Source: Microbulbifer sp.
Lineage (GTDB): Bacteria; Pseudomonadota; Gammaproteobacteria; Pseudomonadales; Cellvibrionaceae
Assembly: GCF_036563125.1 (NCBI RefSeq)
Contig: NZ_DATCMV010000179.1
Coordinates: forward strand, 1,418-65,417
Length of the DNA: 64,000 bases
Direction of reading: 5' to 3'
Within the stretch, counting starts at the first letter, position 1. Each line of letters starts with the position of its first letter. Made by a program: the position numbers and the translations under genes. Shown piece after piece: positions 35,096 through 45,649 of this stretch. The notes beneath the pieces were generated by a model that was not told where the DNA came from, made no database searches, and worked only from the letters and a program-made list of their open reading frames with translations.

Positions 35096-38000
35096 ATGAT
35101 GTCAGATGTGAACGGACTGAATTCCTCGAAGGCAAACCTGGAAGGTCTTGCAAAGCGCTCCGAATTTAAGGCGCTCAGAAAATTGGGCAATCTGTTGCTC
35201 GCAGTTTTCTTGTCCTTCGCATTTGCGCAGATGGCGGTGGCGGCTTCATTCAAGACCACCGACTTCGCCACCGATTCCACCCCACCCGGCAGCCCGGGGA
35301 ACCCCAGTGGTTGCTTGATTGATGGCCCCTACGCCACCACCACCGATGGCTCTAACCGCACCATGGCGCCCGCGGATCAGCTGTCCATCGACCGTTCCTG
35401 TACCGTCAAGAATTTCTCCTGTGATGTACCGCTGGAATCAACGCTGAACTTCGCCGGCGTCCCCTCAGGTACCCTGATTATTTTTGATAACGTCTGTTTC
35501 GGCGGTAACTTCGCCTGTGCCAACGTTGAAGGCAAGGCATCGGTATGGGCGGTGAACGGTTCTGATTTCAGCACCGTGCGTGAAGGCTGTCAGAACCTGG
35601 TTATCCCGGTTGAAAAAATCGAGAAGCAGGCCACCGATTTGGCGGGTAGCCCGATTACTTCGGTATCTATTGGGGTGCCATTTGTCTACACGCTGGACAT
35701 CCCGGTGTTGTTTGACCCGGTGACCGGTACCGTACTGCAGGATTCCGGCTCTCTGAACAACATCCAGGCCATCACCATCCAGGATGACCTGTCTGCAGCC
35801 GCTCTCGGGGTCGACCTGGATCTGCTGGATGTCCGCCTGTTCTATGAGGACACCAGTGGCGCGACCACGCCCATGTCGCCCGCTGCGTATTCCTACAGCA
35901 ACAGCGGTAACCCAAATTCACCGGGCGTATTGACGTTCCAGATAAACGATCCATCAATCCTGCCAGCTGGTGCGCAGATTCATATCGAGCTGGAAGTGGT
36001 ACTGGACAATACGGCGCTCAACAGCATCGGCAAGTCCTTTACCAACACCGCAACCTGGGAGTTTGGTCGCTATATCGATGGCACCTTCTATGATCCTCTG
36101 CCCGGTGAAAACGGCGTTGCCCAGCTGTTGAGCATTTCCGCGCCGGATCTGCTGCTGACAAAAACCACCGATGCAACCGCAATCAACTTTGCCGATACCC
36201 CCACTTACACCATCAACGTGCAGAACGTGGGTGGATCGCCGGCGTGGAATATCGAGATTGAGGATCTGTTGCCGGTGGGCATGCGGGAGTCCGATCCGGT
36301 ATTGCAGAGTGTGACCATGGGAGGAGTCACCCTCACCGAGGGGACGCACTTCACGGCCAGTTATAACTCCGGCGCCGGCGCTGGCGCCGGTTTGCTGACC
36401 ATCAAACTGCTCAATGATGCAGGCGCTCTCGCCCCCAATGCGGTGCTGGAAATCATCTACACCAGCCAGCTGGATGATGTTTCGTCTAGCACAGCCCCGG
36501 TGGATGGGGACGTGCTGAGCAACGTGGCGGCAGCGACGGCCTGGTACAACGATCTCTCTACCAATAATGACCGCATTGAATACACCGGGGTGCGTTCCGA
36601 TGGTACCCCGGGTACCGATGACGAGCAGGATGTGGCAACAGTTACCGCGGCGCTCTCCGGTTACTACTTCGAAAAAACCGTCAGCAATGTGACTACCGGC
36701 CAGTCGCCGACAGCATCGGCCGCGCCGGGTGATCGGTTGCGTTACCGCCTGCGCCTGTTCAATCTCGATGAAAACATCTACAACGTCACCATTACCGATC
36801 AGCTGGATGCGAGCAGCTTTGATTTTTCCTCCGCTCAGGTAGTTGCAGGAACCTGCCCGACCGGGGCGAGCTGTACCTTCAATGCAGCCGGTTTACTGAC
36901 CGTCACTGGTGATCTGGATGTGGTGCCGGGTTCGGCGTTGTCCTCCATTGCGGTGGAATTCGAGGTGAATACCCTGAGCTCGCTGAACACCAATGATGTG
37001 GTGAGCAACCAGGCGCGCATGGACGCCCAGGATGCGGATACCAGCGGTACTGCTTTCTTTGCCCTGAGTGATGATCCCAATGATGCATATGGTGTGGTCA
37101 ACCAGGCGGACCCTCAGGGGAATCCGATCAATCCCACCGACATCGTAATTATTTCACCGGGAGCCCTGGATAAGCAGAATCCCTCCGGCATTACCCAGGT
37201 CGCGATCGGTGAGCTTTTTGAATACACGATTCTGATTCCGGCAACCACCGTACCAGCGCCGCTTTACGATGTGCAGGTGAGCGACCAGCTGCCTTCCAAT
37301 CTCGATCTGGTCAGCGCCAATGCCCTCGTCAATGGCACCAGCTATACCCTGAGCAATACCGGTAGCGCCAACAGTCTGGTACTGGTGGAGCCAATTACCG
37401 GTCTGGATATTCCCGCGAACCAGCAGGCGGAAGTCACCGTGCAGGTGCGCCTGAAGAACCGCATGGAAAACCAGGATACCGTGCAGTTCACCAATACCGC
37501 CAGCTACACCTACAGCCGCACCCAGGGCGGTGCTCAGAGCAGTGGCGCGGGGACGGCCGATACTACTGCCCCGCTGACCGTGGTCGAGCCAAATCTGGTC
37601 GCAACTAGCAGCGTGGTGAATAGTTCGCGCGGCGGCAGCACTGCCTATGGCGGCGATGTGCTGCAGTACACCGTGGCATTGACCAACAACGGTACTTCCA
37701 CGGCTTACGACCTCTCGATCATCAATACCCTTAGCGCCGGGCAGACACTGGTGCCCGGAAGTGCCCAGATCACACTGGGTGGCATTGCTTCTGCGGTGGC
37801 GCCGGGAGTCAGCGGCGATGTGCTGTCCTGGGGCCGGAGTAGCGGACAGGAGCTGGATATTCCCGTTGGGGGCACCCTGACGCTCGTTTACCAGGTGGAA
37901 GTGAGCGGTGTCGATGGCGGTGACCTGACCAACAGTATCGCGGCCGACTGGACTTCATTGGACGGCTCTGACGTCGAAGAGCGCACTGGCAACGATGCAC

Positions 38001-41000
38001 CGGATACCAGTGCTCTGAACAATTACTTTATTGCCGATGAACTGGCCATGCCGTCCGTCGACAACGCGGCCATCGTCAAGACCGTCATCAGCGACACCTG
38101 GAACGGTGACATTACCCCCGCCGCGCAAACCACCGCCCGCGCCGGTGACACCATTACCTACCAGCTGACCCTCACGTTGCCGGAAGGGTTGAATAGCAAT
38201 GTGGTCGTAACGGATTTACTCGATCCCGGGCTGGCGTTTGTGGATGTGGTGAGCATCAATGGCGCAGCCACCGCGCCCTACGCCGCAGCGGGTGTCTTCT
38301 CATACTCCGATATTCCAGCGGCGAATGTGCCAGCTGCAGACCAGACCGGCACCCTGAGCTGGAATCTGGGCGATGTAACCAACGCGCCAGATCAGAATCC
38401 GGCGAACGATGAGTTCGTGATCGTATATCGCGCGCGGGTGCAGCACGGTGCGGGCGACAACCCCGCGGCCACGCCGACCTCGACGGTACTCAACAACCAG
38501 GCCACCCTGGGTTACACCTATGCCTCCGGTGCAGCGGCGACCACAGCGCCCGCGACCGCGAGTGTCGAAGTGCTGCAACCGCAGATTAACGAGTTGACCA
38601 AGACCGGTGTGGTATTGCCGGCAAGCGGTGCCATTGTCGGCGACGGCCAGTCCGCAGCGACAGCCTATCTGGTGGATATTGCCAGCAACAGCATGCAGTT
38701 TTCCCTGCAGGCCTGTAACGTTGGCGACGCGCCTGCGTACGGGGTCACGCTGCATGACGACCTGCCGGCTGAACTCGACGAGGGCACGCTTAACAATGTC
38801 GCGGTGGCCATTGATGGCGCTGCGCTGGGTGCGGCGGACTTCAGTTACACCGCCCCCGCTGCGCGCGATGGCGAGATGCAGTTCACCTTGAATGTCGCGC
38901 TGGCCCCGAGCAGCTGCGTCACTATCGACTACAACATCGGTTTTTACACCGACATTGCCCCCAACCAGGTCTGGTCCAACGCCGCCTCCGTCGAGGCCTA
39001 TTGGTCCCGCGAGTCTCTGGACGCAGCGGACGCGCGTGAATATGTCGCGATCAACCCGGTGACCTCCGACAGCGTGTGGATGACCAATAACTTCCAGGTC
39101 GAGGCACCGAGCAAAACCGTTTCCAAAACCCAGGCCACCATCGGTGAAGAAGTGGTGTACACCATCACCGTGCCCGGCACTCCGGTGAATGGCGTCCTGA
39201 GCGGGGTAACGGTAACTGACACCCTGAGTCAGGCTCTGCAGTACGTCGATGCCACTGTGCAACTCAACGGTGCCCCGCTTGCTGTGACCACCACGCAAAG
39301 CGGCCAGGACCTGAGCTGGGCGATCGGCGATATTCCCGCGGGGCAGCAGGCGGTGATCACCGTCACCACCTGGGTGGCGAATACCCAGAACGTCAGCGCC
39401 AGTGCCACTCCGGTGGGCAATGTCGCGGCCTACACCTACCAGGCCGGCGGCGTGGCGGTGGATGGCGGTAGCAGCGCGCCGGCTGAATTTACTGTGGTGG
39501 AACCGGACCTGTCGGTGGTGAAAGCCGTGGCCAACCTGAGCGATCCAGGTCAGCCAGCGGCCACCGGCGATGTGTTGGAGTACACACTCACCATCACCAA
39601 CAATGGTGATGCGACTGCCTTCGATACCAACATTGCGGATGTGCTGCCGGCAGAGCTGAGTTATGTGGATGGCTCCAGCAGCGCACAAATCGATGGCAGC
39701 GCACTTGTCGGGTTCAACGCGACCCCCTCGATCAGCGGCAACACCCTGACCTGGGGTCGCGACAATGGCGATAACTCCGTGGTGATACCCGCGGGCAGCG
39801 TGCTGGTGCTCACTTACCAGACCGATGTGAACACCATTACCGCTGCGGATATCGTCAACAGCGCACTGGTCGACTGGACCTCGCTGTCCGGCACTTATAC
39901 CGGTGACCGCGAGCGTACCGGTGCCGGCTGTCCCAGCGTGACGCCACCCAATATTTATTGCAGCGGCGACACCAGCGGTTTCGGTGTGGATTACGACATC
40001 GACCTGCAGAAAACCCGGCAGACAGACAGCTGGAACGATGATGGCAACCTGCGGGTGGGCGATACCGTCGATTACCAGCTGAAACTTGATCTGGTGGAAG
40101 GCACCCACAATGGTCTGGTGCTGGAAGATACGCTGCCCCAGGGAATGGCATTTGTCGGCGTGTTGAGTGCAGACTTCTTCGGCACTGCGGCCACCACGCC
40201 GCCCGCGCCGTCGGTAAGCGCGGACCAGCGCACCATTACCTGGGATCTGGGCACCGTCACCAACCCCGTGGACGGCGACGATACCAACGATTTCGTCACC
40301 ATCACCTACCGCGCGCGGGTGCTGAATGGTGATGCACTGGCCCAGCAGCCCACTACGCAGGCACTGAATAACGTCGTGACCCTGAACTACCTGGTGGGCA
40401 GTGCGCCAGGCGCACCGCTGACCACCGGTGCCACCGTCAATGCGCTGCAGCCATTTTTGACGGTGAGCAAGTCTGCCGTAACCGCCATCAATGGCGATAC
40501 CGTAATCCAGTCTGGTGAGGCCGCGACTTACACCGTCGATATCACAAATACCGGAAACGCACCGGCCTACGATGTAGTACTGGAAGATGTGTTGCCTGTA
40601 GGACTGCGCAACGCCGGCGTCAGCATGCAGAGTGCGACCCTGGTTAACGCAGGCACCAGCATCACCCTGACACCGACGTTTGATCCGGCTACTGGCACGG
40701 TTACCTGGGATTTCGACCCGGCTGCCAACGCGGCGATTCCCGCCGGTGACACGCTGCGTGTGGTGTATCAGGTAACCGGCGATGCCGATCTCGGTGCGGG
40801 CCTGACCCTGACCAACAGCGCACAGGTCACCCGTTACTTCTCCTTCGACAACGACCAGGTACCGGCCAATAGCGCCGTGGACTGGCGTGAGGACTACGGC
40901 CCTTCGGCGGTTGCGACGTTCAACTTGACTACGCCGGTACCCGGCGTGCTGAGCAAAGCCACTACCCAGTCCACCGTAGCCATCGGCGAACAGCTGACCT

Positions 41001-44000
41001 ACACCCTCACGGTGCCTGAAGTGCCCGCGGATGTTGCGCTGCAAGACGTGCGCATCATGGATAACCTCTCCGCAACCGGCGTGGACCTCGCCTTTGTTTC
41101 GGCGACAGTTGTCGGTGGTAATGCGCTCACTAACAGCGGCACCGCCGATAATCTGGTGCTTTCCGACACCAGTGGCGGCCTTGATATTCCGGCCGGTGCA
41201 CAGGTCGAGGTACAGGTGACGGTTGAGGTTTTGAATACCGCCAACAACCAGAACCGTACCGATCCTTTTGTTAACCGTGCCTGGTACGACTACAGCAACG
41301 GTGTTACCCGCCTCGGAGACGATCCGGCAACCGGCGGCGACGCCAATGCGGTGACCATCGTGCACGCGGAACTGGTGGTGGAAAAAACCGGACCGGCGAC
41401 CATCAAGGTGGGCACCCCGGAAAACTTCACCCTCACGGTGCTGAACAACAGTAGTGCCAGTGCGTGGAATGTCACCCTGACCGACTGGCTGCCGAATCCG
41501 GATCCCGGTGGTCTGTGCGATGTGCAGCCGGTTATTCAGTCGGCGGCAATCCAGAAGGCGGGCGGTGCCAGTATTGCCCTGAACGCCAGTGATTTTGCGG
41601 TGAGCTTTGTTGCCGGCACGCCCACCTGCGAATTCTCCGCAACCCTGCAGAGCGATGACGAGCTGGCCCCGGGCGATCAGCTGATTGTTGTTTATCAGGT
41701 GGCGCTGGATGGCGATAACATCAATGACACTACGCTCACCAATATTGCCGGTGCTACCCAGTGGTTCAGTGCCAGCGCGGCCACGAGCGAGCGTTTTGCC
41801 TACCAGCGCACGCTGACCGATGGCACCCCGGGTGTGGTCGATCACGAGGACAGTCACACCTTCACGGTGCAGTCGGCCATCCTCGAGATTCGCAAGTCGG
41901 TGCTCAATGTCACCACCGGACAGTCCGGTGCCAACGCCAGCCCCGGTGATCAACTGCGCTACAGCATCGAGATTCAGAACGTCAGCGACGTAGCGCTGGA
42001 TGCATTCGTGCTGCGCGACGAACTGGATCGGCTGAATGCCAAGGCGATGTTCCAGACCGGTTCGCTGCGGGATGTATCCGTGCCGGCTGGCGCAACCGCC
42101 AGTGTCATTGGCGACGGCGGTGCACAGGGTAGCGGACTGCTGGAAGTGACCGGTCTCGCCATCGCCAAAGCGGGTGACGCGGGTGACACCATCACCGTGG
42201 TGTTCGATGTGGATCTGGTGCCGGTGATCACCAGCGGCACCGTGGTGCTCAACCAGGCCCAGCTCAGCATGAGTGATGTGGTGTTCGCTTCCAGCGACGA
42301 TCCGCTGGTGGGCGGCATTGAGGACCCGACGCAAACGCTGATCCATTCCGCGCCGTGGCTGAAGATACAGAAAACCTCGCAGGATCTGACCGGTGATGCC
42401 GATATGCTGGCCCCGGGCGACAGCCTGCGCTACACGCTGACGGTGGAAAATACCGGCAGTGAAGACGCCATCAATACCGTGCTGCGCGATCTGGTGCCCG
42501 GCAACACCACCTATGTGGCGAACTCCACCACATTGAATGGTGTGCAGATTGCGGATGTGAGTGGTTCCACCGCGCTTGCCAGTGGTATCAGCATCCAGAC
42601 TCCGGGTGCAGAAAGCGGCTTTGTCGGCGCTGCCGCCGAGGGCGCGGCACCGGTGGTGATTACCTTCGATGTTGTGATCAACGATGTAAACGACGGTACC
42701 CTCATTTCCAACCAGGGCTTTGCCAATGGTGACGGCGCCGGCAGTGGCGCATTCGCTGAGCGTCCCTCCGACGATCCGGCGACCAGCGCGGTGGACGATC
42801 CGACGATCGATATCGTCGGTGATGTACCGCTGCTGGTGGTTACCAAAACCGTGGAACTCGCGGTGGACAATATGACCGTGGGTATCGTGGATCCGGAAGA
42901 CGTGCTGCGTTACACCATCTCCGTAACCAACATGGGCGGTAAGGATGCCAGCGAAGCTCGCCTGGTCGACCTGGTCCCGGCGGACACCACCTATGTGGCC
43001 AACAGCACCAAGCTGAACGGCCTGGATGTGGCCGATGCCGCTGGTGGTTCGCCGCTGGCCGGTGGACTTGCGATCAGCAGTGATGATCTGACCCCGCCAT
43101 TGCCCGCGACCGGCGAGGGTGTGATCACCAGCGCTCAAACCGCGACCATCGTGTTTGATGTGATGGTCAACGCCGACACCGCACGCGGCACCATCATCAG
43201 CAACCAGGGCAGCGTGTCCAGTGTGGAACTGCCGCTCACCCTCACCGATGCCGATGGCAATAGCAGCAACGGCGCTCAACCTACCGAGGTTGTGGTGGGT
43301 GATGCGCAGCAGCTGTCCATTACCAAGGAAGTGGCCGTAGTGGGCGGCGGCGATGCGGAATCCGGCAAGGTGTTGGAATACCTGGTGCGGGTTACCAATA
43401 TCAGTAGTGTGCCGGCCAGCCTTATCCTTATTCAGGATGACCTGCTTACTGCCGGTGACGGTGTACTCACTTATGTGGCTGATTCCGCACGGGTAAACGG
43501 TCAAGCGGGAGGTGTGAGCGTCAATGGATCGCTGATTACCGTTGACTACAGCACCAATTACGGCGATCTGCAGCCGGGAGAATTCCTGACCTTGCGCTTC
43601 CAGGCGCGGCTCGGTCCGAATCTCGCCATTGGCACCACCGTGGTGAACACCGCACAGGTGCAGTGGAACGACCCGGCGATGTATAACGAGGCCAGCGTTT
43701 CCATCGATATCGGCGGTACCCCGGGCATCGCCAACCTGAGCGGTTACCTGTGGCACGATGTGGATTTCAGCGAAACTGCGGACACCAATGAGCTACTGCT
43801 CAGCAACTGGACCGTACAGCTGTACTTCAACAATGCGCTGCTGGAAACCGCACAGAGCGATGCCAACGGCTACTTCCAGTTCGGTGGTCTGGTGCCGAAT
43901 ATGGATGGCGCAAACATGGCCGGCGCCAGCTACGAGCTGCGCTACCTGGCGCCGAACGCTGTGGGCACCACGGCCTCCCTCGGCACCGCCAGCTCTGACT

Positions 44001-45649
44001 ACACCAATGGTCCGCAGCAGATCCGCGATATCTATATCGCCTCCGGCAGCAACCCGCAGAACCTGAATCTGCCGATTACACCAAACGGGGTGATCTACGA
44101 TTCGGTACTGCGCGCGCCGGTCAACGGGGCCCGTGTACGCTTGCTGGGTGCGTCCAGTGGCCAGCCGCTGCCGGACAGCTGTTTTGATGATCCCAAGCAG
44201 CAGAACCAGGTCACCCTCACCGGCGGCTTCTACAAGTTCGATGTGAACTTCAGCAGTGCGGCCTGTGCGGTAAATGCGGATTACCTGATCGAAGTGGACG
44301 TGCCGAGCGCAGATTACGTCTCCGGCCCGTCGCAGATCATTCCGCCGCAGACTGGCGTGGATACCGGCAGTTTCGATGTGGCCGCGTGCCTTGGCAGTGC
44401 CGCGGACAGGATCCCGGGCACGCCGGACCACTGTGAGGTGCAGCTGTCAGTAGCGCCGCCCTCCATTGACCTGGATGCGCGCAGCAGCGAAACCGATTAC
44501 TACCTGCGTGTAAACCTCGATGACAGCAACCAGCCGGGCAGCAGCCAGCTGTTCAACAACCACATTGCGCTGGACCCGCAACTGGAAGGCGCGCTCGCGC
44601 TGACCAAAACTGCGGCCATGTTGAATGTGACCCGCAGCCAGCTGGTGCCCTACACAATCACCTTCAGCAACTCGCTGCCGGTGCCGCTCACGGATCTGCA
44701 GCTGGTGGATTACTTCCCCGCGGGCTTCAAGTATGTGGCCGGTTCCGCGAACCTGGATGGCGAACCGGTAGAGCCGGTGGTAAACGGCCTGCAACTGCAG
44801 TGGCCGCACCTGCGCGCCGAGGCGGAGCAGACCCACAGCATGAAACTGCTGCTGGTGGTGGGCTCCGGTGTGGGCGAGGGCGAGTACATCAACCGCGCGC
44901 GCATGTTCAACGAACTCTCCGGCCAGCAGACGTCCGGCGAGGCGTCGGCCACCGTGCGCGTGGTACCGGACCCGACCTTCGACTGTACCGATGTGATCGG
45001 CAAGGTGTTCGACGATAAAAACCTGAACGGTTACCAGGACGCGGGTGAGGGCGGCGTGCCGGGAGCGCGTGTGGTCACCGCCAACGGTCTCAAGGCCACC
45101 GCCGATGCACACGGTCGTTTCCATATCACCTGTGCGGCGGTGCCTAACCCGGATCGCGGTTCCAACTTCGTGCTGAAACTGGACGACCGCAGCCTGCCGA
45201 GCGGCTACCGCCTGACCACGGAAAACCCGCGGGTGCAGCGCGCGACCCGAGGCAAGATGCTGGAGTTCAATTTCGGTACCAGCCTGCACCGTGTCGTGCG
45301 TCTGGATCTGGCGGAAGCGGTCTTCGAACCCGGTACCAGCGAGTTGCGTCCGCAGTGGCATTCGCGCACCGAACTCTTACTGGAGCGACTGCAGGAGGCA
45401 CCGTCGGTGCTGCGCCTGTCCTACCTGGCGGAAAACGAAGATCCGTCGCTGGTAGACGAGCGCCTTGCGACGATCAAGGCCCGCATCGCCGAGGACTGGG
45501 CGGCACTGAACTGCTGCTACCCGCTCAATATCGAAACCGAAATTTTCTGGCGCCGTGGCGCGCCGCCCGAGCGTGGCAATGTGCTGGACGGGCTCAAACG
45601 CAGTGTTAACCGCATGATCGGAAGTGATGATCAGGGAGGCGCCCGGTGA
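35096..45649 (+). CDS. Giant (~3500 aa) secreted DUF11/isopeptide-repeat adhesin-like protein with SdrD-B-like and degenerate OmpA-like C-terminal domains
   Basis: Extended signal peptide ending AQMAVA; about 18 repeats of the form L..(T/S)K...GD.L.YT(L/I).V.N.G...A.D....D.LP; two SdrD-B-like segments (SGYLWHDVD..., IGKVFDDKNLNGYQDAGEGGVPGARV); C-terminal VFEPGTSELRPQW. Confidence 0.85.
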   Translation: MMSDVNGLNSSKANLEGLAKRSEFKALRKLGNLLLAVFLSFAFAQMAVAASFKTTDFATDSTPPGSPGNPSGCLIDGPYATTTDGSNRTMAPADQLSIDRSCTVKNFSCDVPLESTLNFAGVPSGTLIIFDNVCFGGNFACANVEGKASVWAVNGSDFSTVREGCQNLVIPVEKIEKQATDLAGSPITSVSIGVPFVYTLDIPVLFDPVTGTVLQDSGSLNNIQAITIQDDLSAAALGVDLDLLDVRLFYEDTSGATTPMSPAAYSYSNSGNPNSPGVLTFQINDPSILPAGAQIHIELEVVLDNTALNSIGKSFTNTATWEFGRYIDGTFYDPLPGENGVAQLLSISAPDLLLTKTTDATAINFADTPTYTINVQNVGGSPAWNIEIEDLLPVGMRESDPVLQSVTMGGVTLTEGTHFTASYNSGAGAGAGLLTIKLLNDAGALAPNAVLEIIYTSQLDDVSSSTAPVDGDVLSNVAAATAWYNDLSTNNDRIEYTGVRSDGTPGTDDEQDVATVTAALSGYYFEKTVSNVTTGQSPTASAAPGDRLRYRLRLFNLDENIYNVTITDQLDASSFDFSSAQVVAGTCPTGASCTFNAAGLLTVTGDLDVVPGSALSSIAVEFEVNTLSSLNTNDVVSNQARMDAQDADTSGTAFFALSDDPNDAYGVVNQADPQGNPINPTDIVIISPGALDKQNPSGITQVAIGELFEYTILIPATTVPAPLYDVQVSDQLPSNLDLVSANALVNGTSYTLSNTGSANSLVLVEPITGLDIPANQQAEVTVQVRLKNRMENQDTVQFTNTASYTYSRTQGGAQSSGAGTADTTAPLTVVEPNLVATSSVVNSSRGGSTAYGGDVLQYTVALTNNGTSTAYDLSIINTLSAGQTLVPGSAQITLGGIASAVAPGVSGDVLSWGRSSGQELDIPVGGTLTLVYQVEVSGVDGGDLTNSIAADWTSLDGSDVEERTGNDAPDTSALNNYFIADELAMPSVDNAAIVKTVISDTWNGDITPAAQTTARAGDTITYQLTLTLPEGLNSNVVVTDLLDPGLAFVDVVSINGAATAPYAAAGVFSYSDIPAANVPAADQTGTLSWNLGDVTNAPDQNPANDEFVIVYRARVQHGAGDNPAATPTSTVLNNQATLGYTYASGAAATTAPATASVEVLQPQINELTKTGVVLPASGAIVGDGQSAATAYLVDIASNSMQFSLQACNVGDAPAYGVTLHDDLPAELDEGTLNNVAVAIDGAALGAADFSYTAPAARDGEMQFTLNVALAPSSCVTIDYNIGFYTDIAPNQVWSNAASVEAYWSRESLDAADAREYVAINPVTSDSVWMTNNFQVEAPSKTVSKTQATIGEEVVYTITVPGTPVNGVLSGVTVTDTLSQALQYVDATVQLNGAPLAVTTTQSGQDLSWAIGDIPAGQQAVITVTTWVANTQNVSASATPVGNVAAYTYQAGGVAVDGGSSAPAEFTVVEPDLSVVKAVANLSDPGQPAATGDVLEYTLTITNNGDATAFDTNIADVLPAELSYVDGSSSAQIDGSALVGFNATPSISGNTLTWGRDNGDNSVVIPAGSVLVLTYQTDVNTITAADIVNSALVDWTSLSGTYTGDRERTGAGCPSVTPPNIYCSGDTSGFGVDYDIDLQKTRQTDSWNDDGNLRVGDTVDYQLKLDLVEGTHNGLVLEDTLPQGMAFVGVLSADFFGTAATTPPAPSVSADQRTITWDLGTVTNPVDGDDTNDFVTITYRARVLNGDALAQQPTTQALNNVVTLNYLVGSAPGAPLTTGATVNALQPFLTVSKSAVTAINGDTVIQSGEAATYTVDITNTGNAPAYDVVLEDVLPVGLRNAGVSMQSATLVNAGTSITLTPTFDPATGTVTWDFDPAANAAIPAGDTLRVVYQVTGDADLGAGLTLTNSAQVTRYFSFDNDQVPANSAVDWREDYGPSAVATFNLTTPVPGVLSKATTQSTVAIGEQLTYTLTVPEVPADVALQDVRIMDNLSATGVDLAFVSATVVGGNALTNSGTADNLVLSDTSGGLDIPAGAQVEVQVTVEVLNTANNQNRTDPFVNRAWYDYSNGVTRLGDDPATGGDANAVTIVHAELVVEKTGPATIKVGTPENFTLTVLNNSSASAWNVTLTDWLPNPDPGGLCDVQPVIQSAAIQKAGGASIALNASDFAVSFVAGTPTCEFSATLQSDDELAPGDQLIVVYQVALDGDNINDTTLTNIAGATQWFSASAATSERFAYQRTLTDGTPGVVDHEDSHTFTVQSAILEIRKSVLNVTTGQSGANASPGDQLRYSIEIQNVSDVALDAFVLRDELDRLNAKAMFQTGSLRDVSVPAGATASVIGDGGAQGSGLLEVTGLAIAKAGDAGDTITVVFDVDLVPVITSGTVVLNQAQLSMSDVVFASSDDPLVGGIEDPTQTLIHSAPWLKIQKTSQDLTGDADMLAPGDSLRYTLTVENTGSEDAINTVLRDLVPGNTTYVANSTTLNGVQIADVSGSTALASGISIQTPGAESGFVGAAAEGAAPVVITFDVVINDVNDGTLISNQGFANGDGAGSGAFAERPSDDPATSAVDDPTIDIVGDVPLLVVTKTVELAVDNMTVGIVDPEDVLRYTISVTNMGGKDASEARLVDLVPADTTYVANSTKLNGLDVADAAGGSPLAGGLAISSDDLTPPLPATGEGVITSAQTATIVFDVMVNADTARGTIISNQGSVSSVELPLTLTDADGNSSNGAQPTEVVVGDAQQLSITKEVAVVGGGDAESGKVLEYLVRVTNISSVPASLILIQDDLLTAGDGVLTYVADSARVNGQAGGVSVNGSLITVDYSTNYGDLQPGEFLTLRFQARLGPNLAIGTTVVNTAQVQWNDPAMYNEASVSIDIGGTPGIANLSGYLWHDVDFSETADTNELLLSNWTVQLYFNNALLETAQSDANGYFQFGGLVPNMDGANMAGASYELRYLAPNAVGTTASLGTASSDYTNGPQQIRDIYIASGSNPQNLNLPITPNGVIYDSVLRAPVNGARVRLLGASSGQPLPDSCFDDPKQQNQVTLTGGFYKFDVNFSSAACAVNADYLIEVDVPSADYVSGPSQIIPPQTGVDTGSFDVAACLGSAADRIPGTPDHCEVQLSVAPPSIDLDARSSETDYYLRVNLDDSNQPGSSQLFNNHIALDPQLEGALALTKTAAMLNVTRSQLVPYTITFSNSLPVPLTDLQLVDYFPAGFKYVAGSANLDGEPVEPVVNGLQLQWPHLRAEAEQTHSMKLLLVVGSGVGEGEYINRARMFNELSGQQTSGEASATVRVVPDPTFDCTDVIGKVFDDKNLNGYQDAGEGGVPGARVVTANGLKATADAHGRFHITCAAVPNPDRGSNFVLKLDDRSLPSGYRLTTENPRVQRATRGKMLEFNFGTSLHRVVRLDLAEAVFEPGTSELRPQWHSRTELLLERLQEAPSVLRLSYLAENEDPSLVDERLATIKARIAEDWAALNCCYPLNIETEIFWRRGAPPERGNVLDGLKRSVNRMIGSDDQGGAR

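Noticed and set aside
38300-43756. 1818-aa antisense ORF inside the giant adhesin
   Set aside because: Exact antisense shadow of a GC-rich, Thr/Val/Asp-rich gene whose codon usage rarely creates reverse-strand stops; no recognisable domain, RBS or signal.
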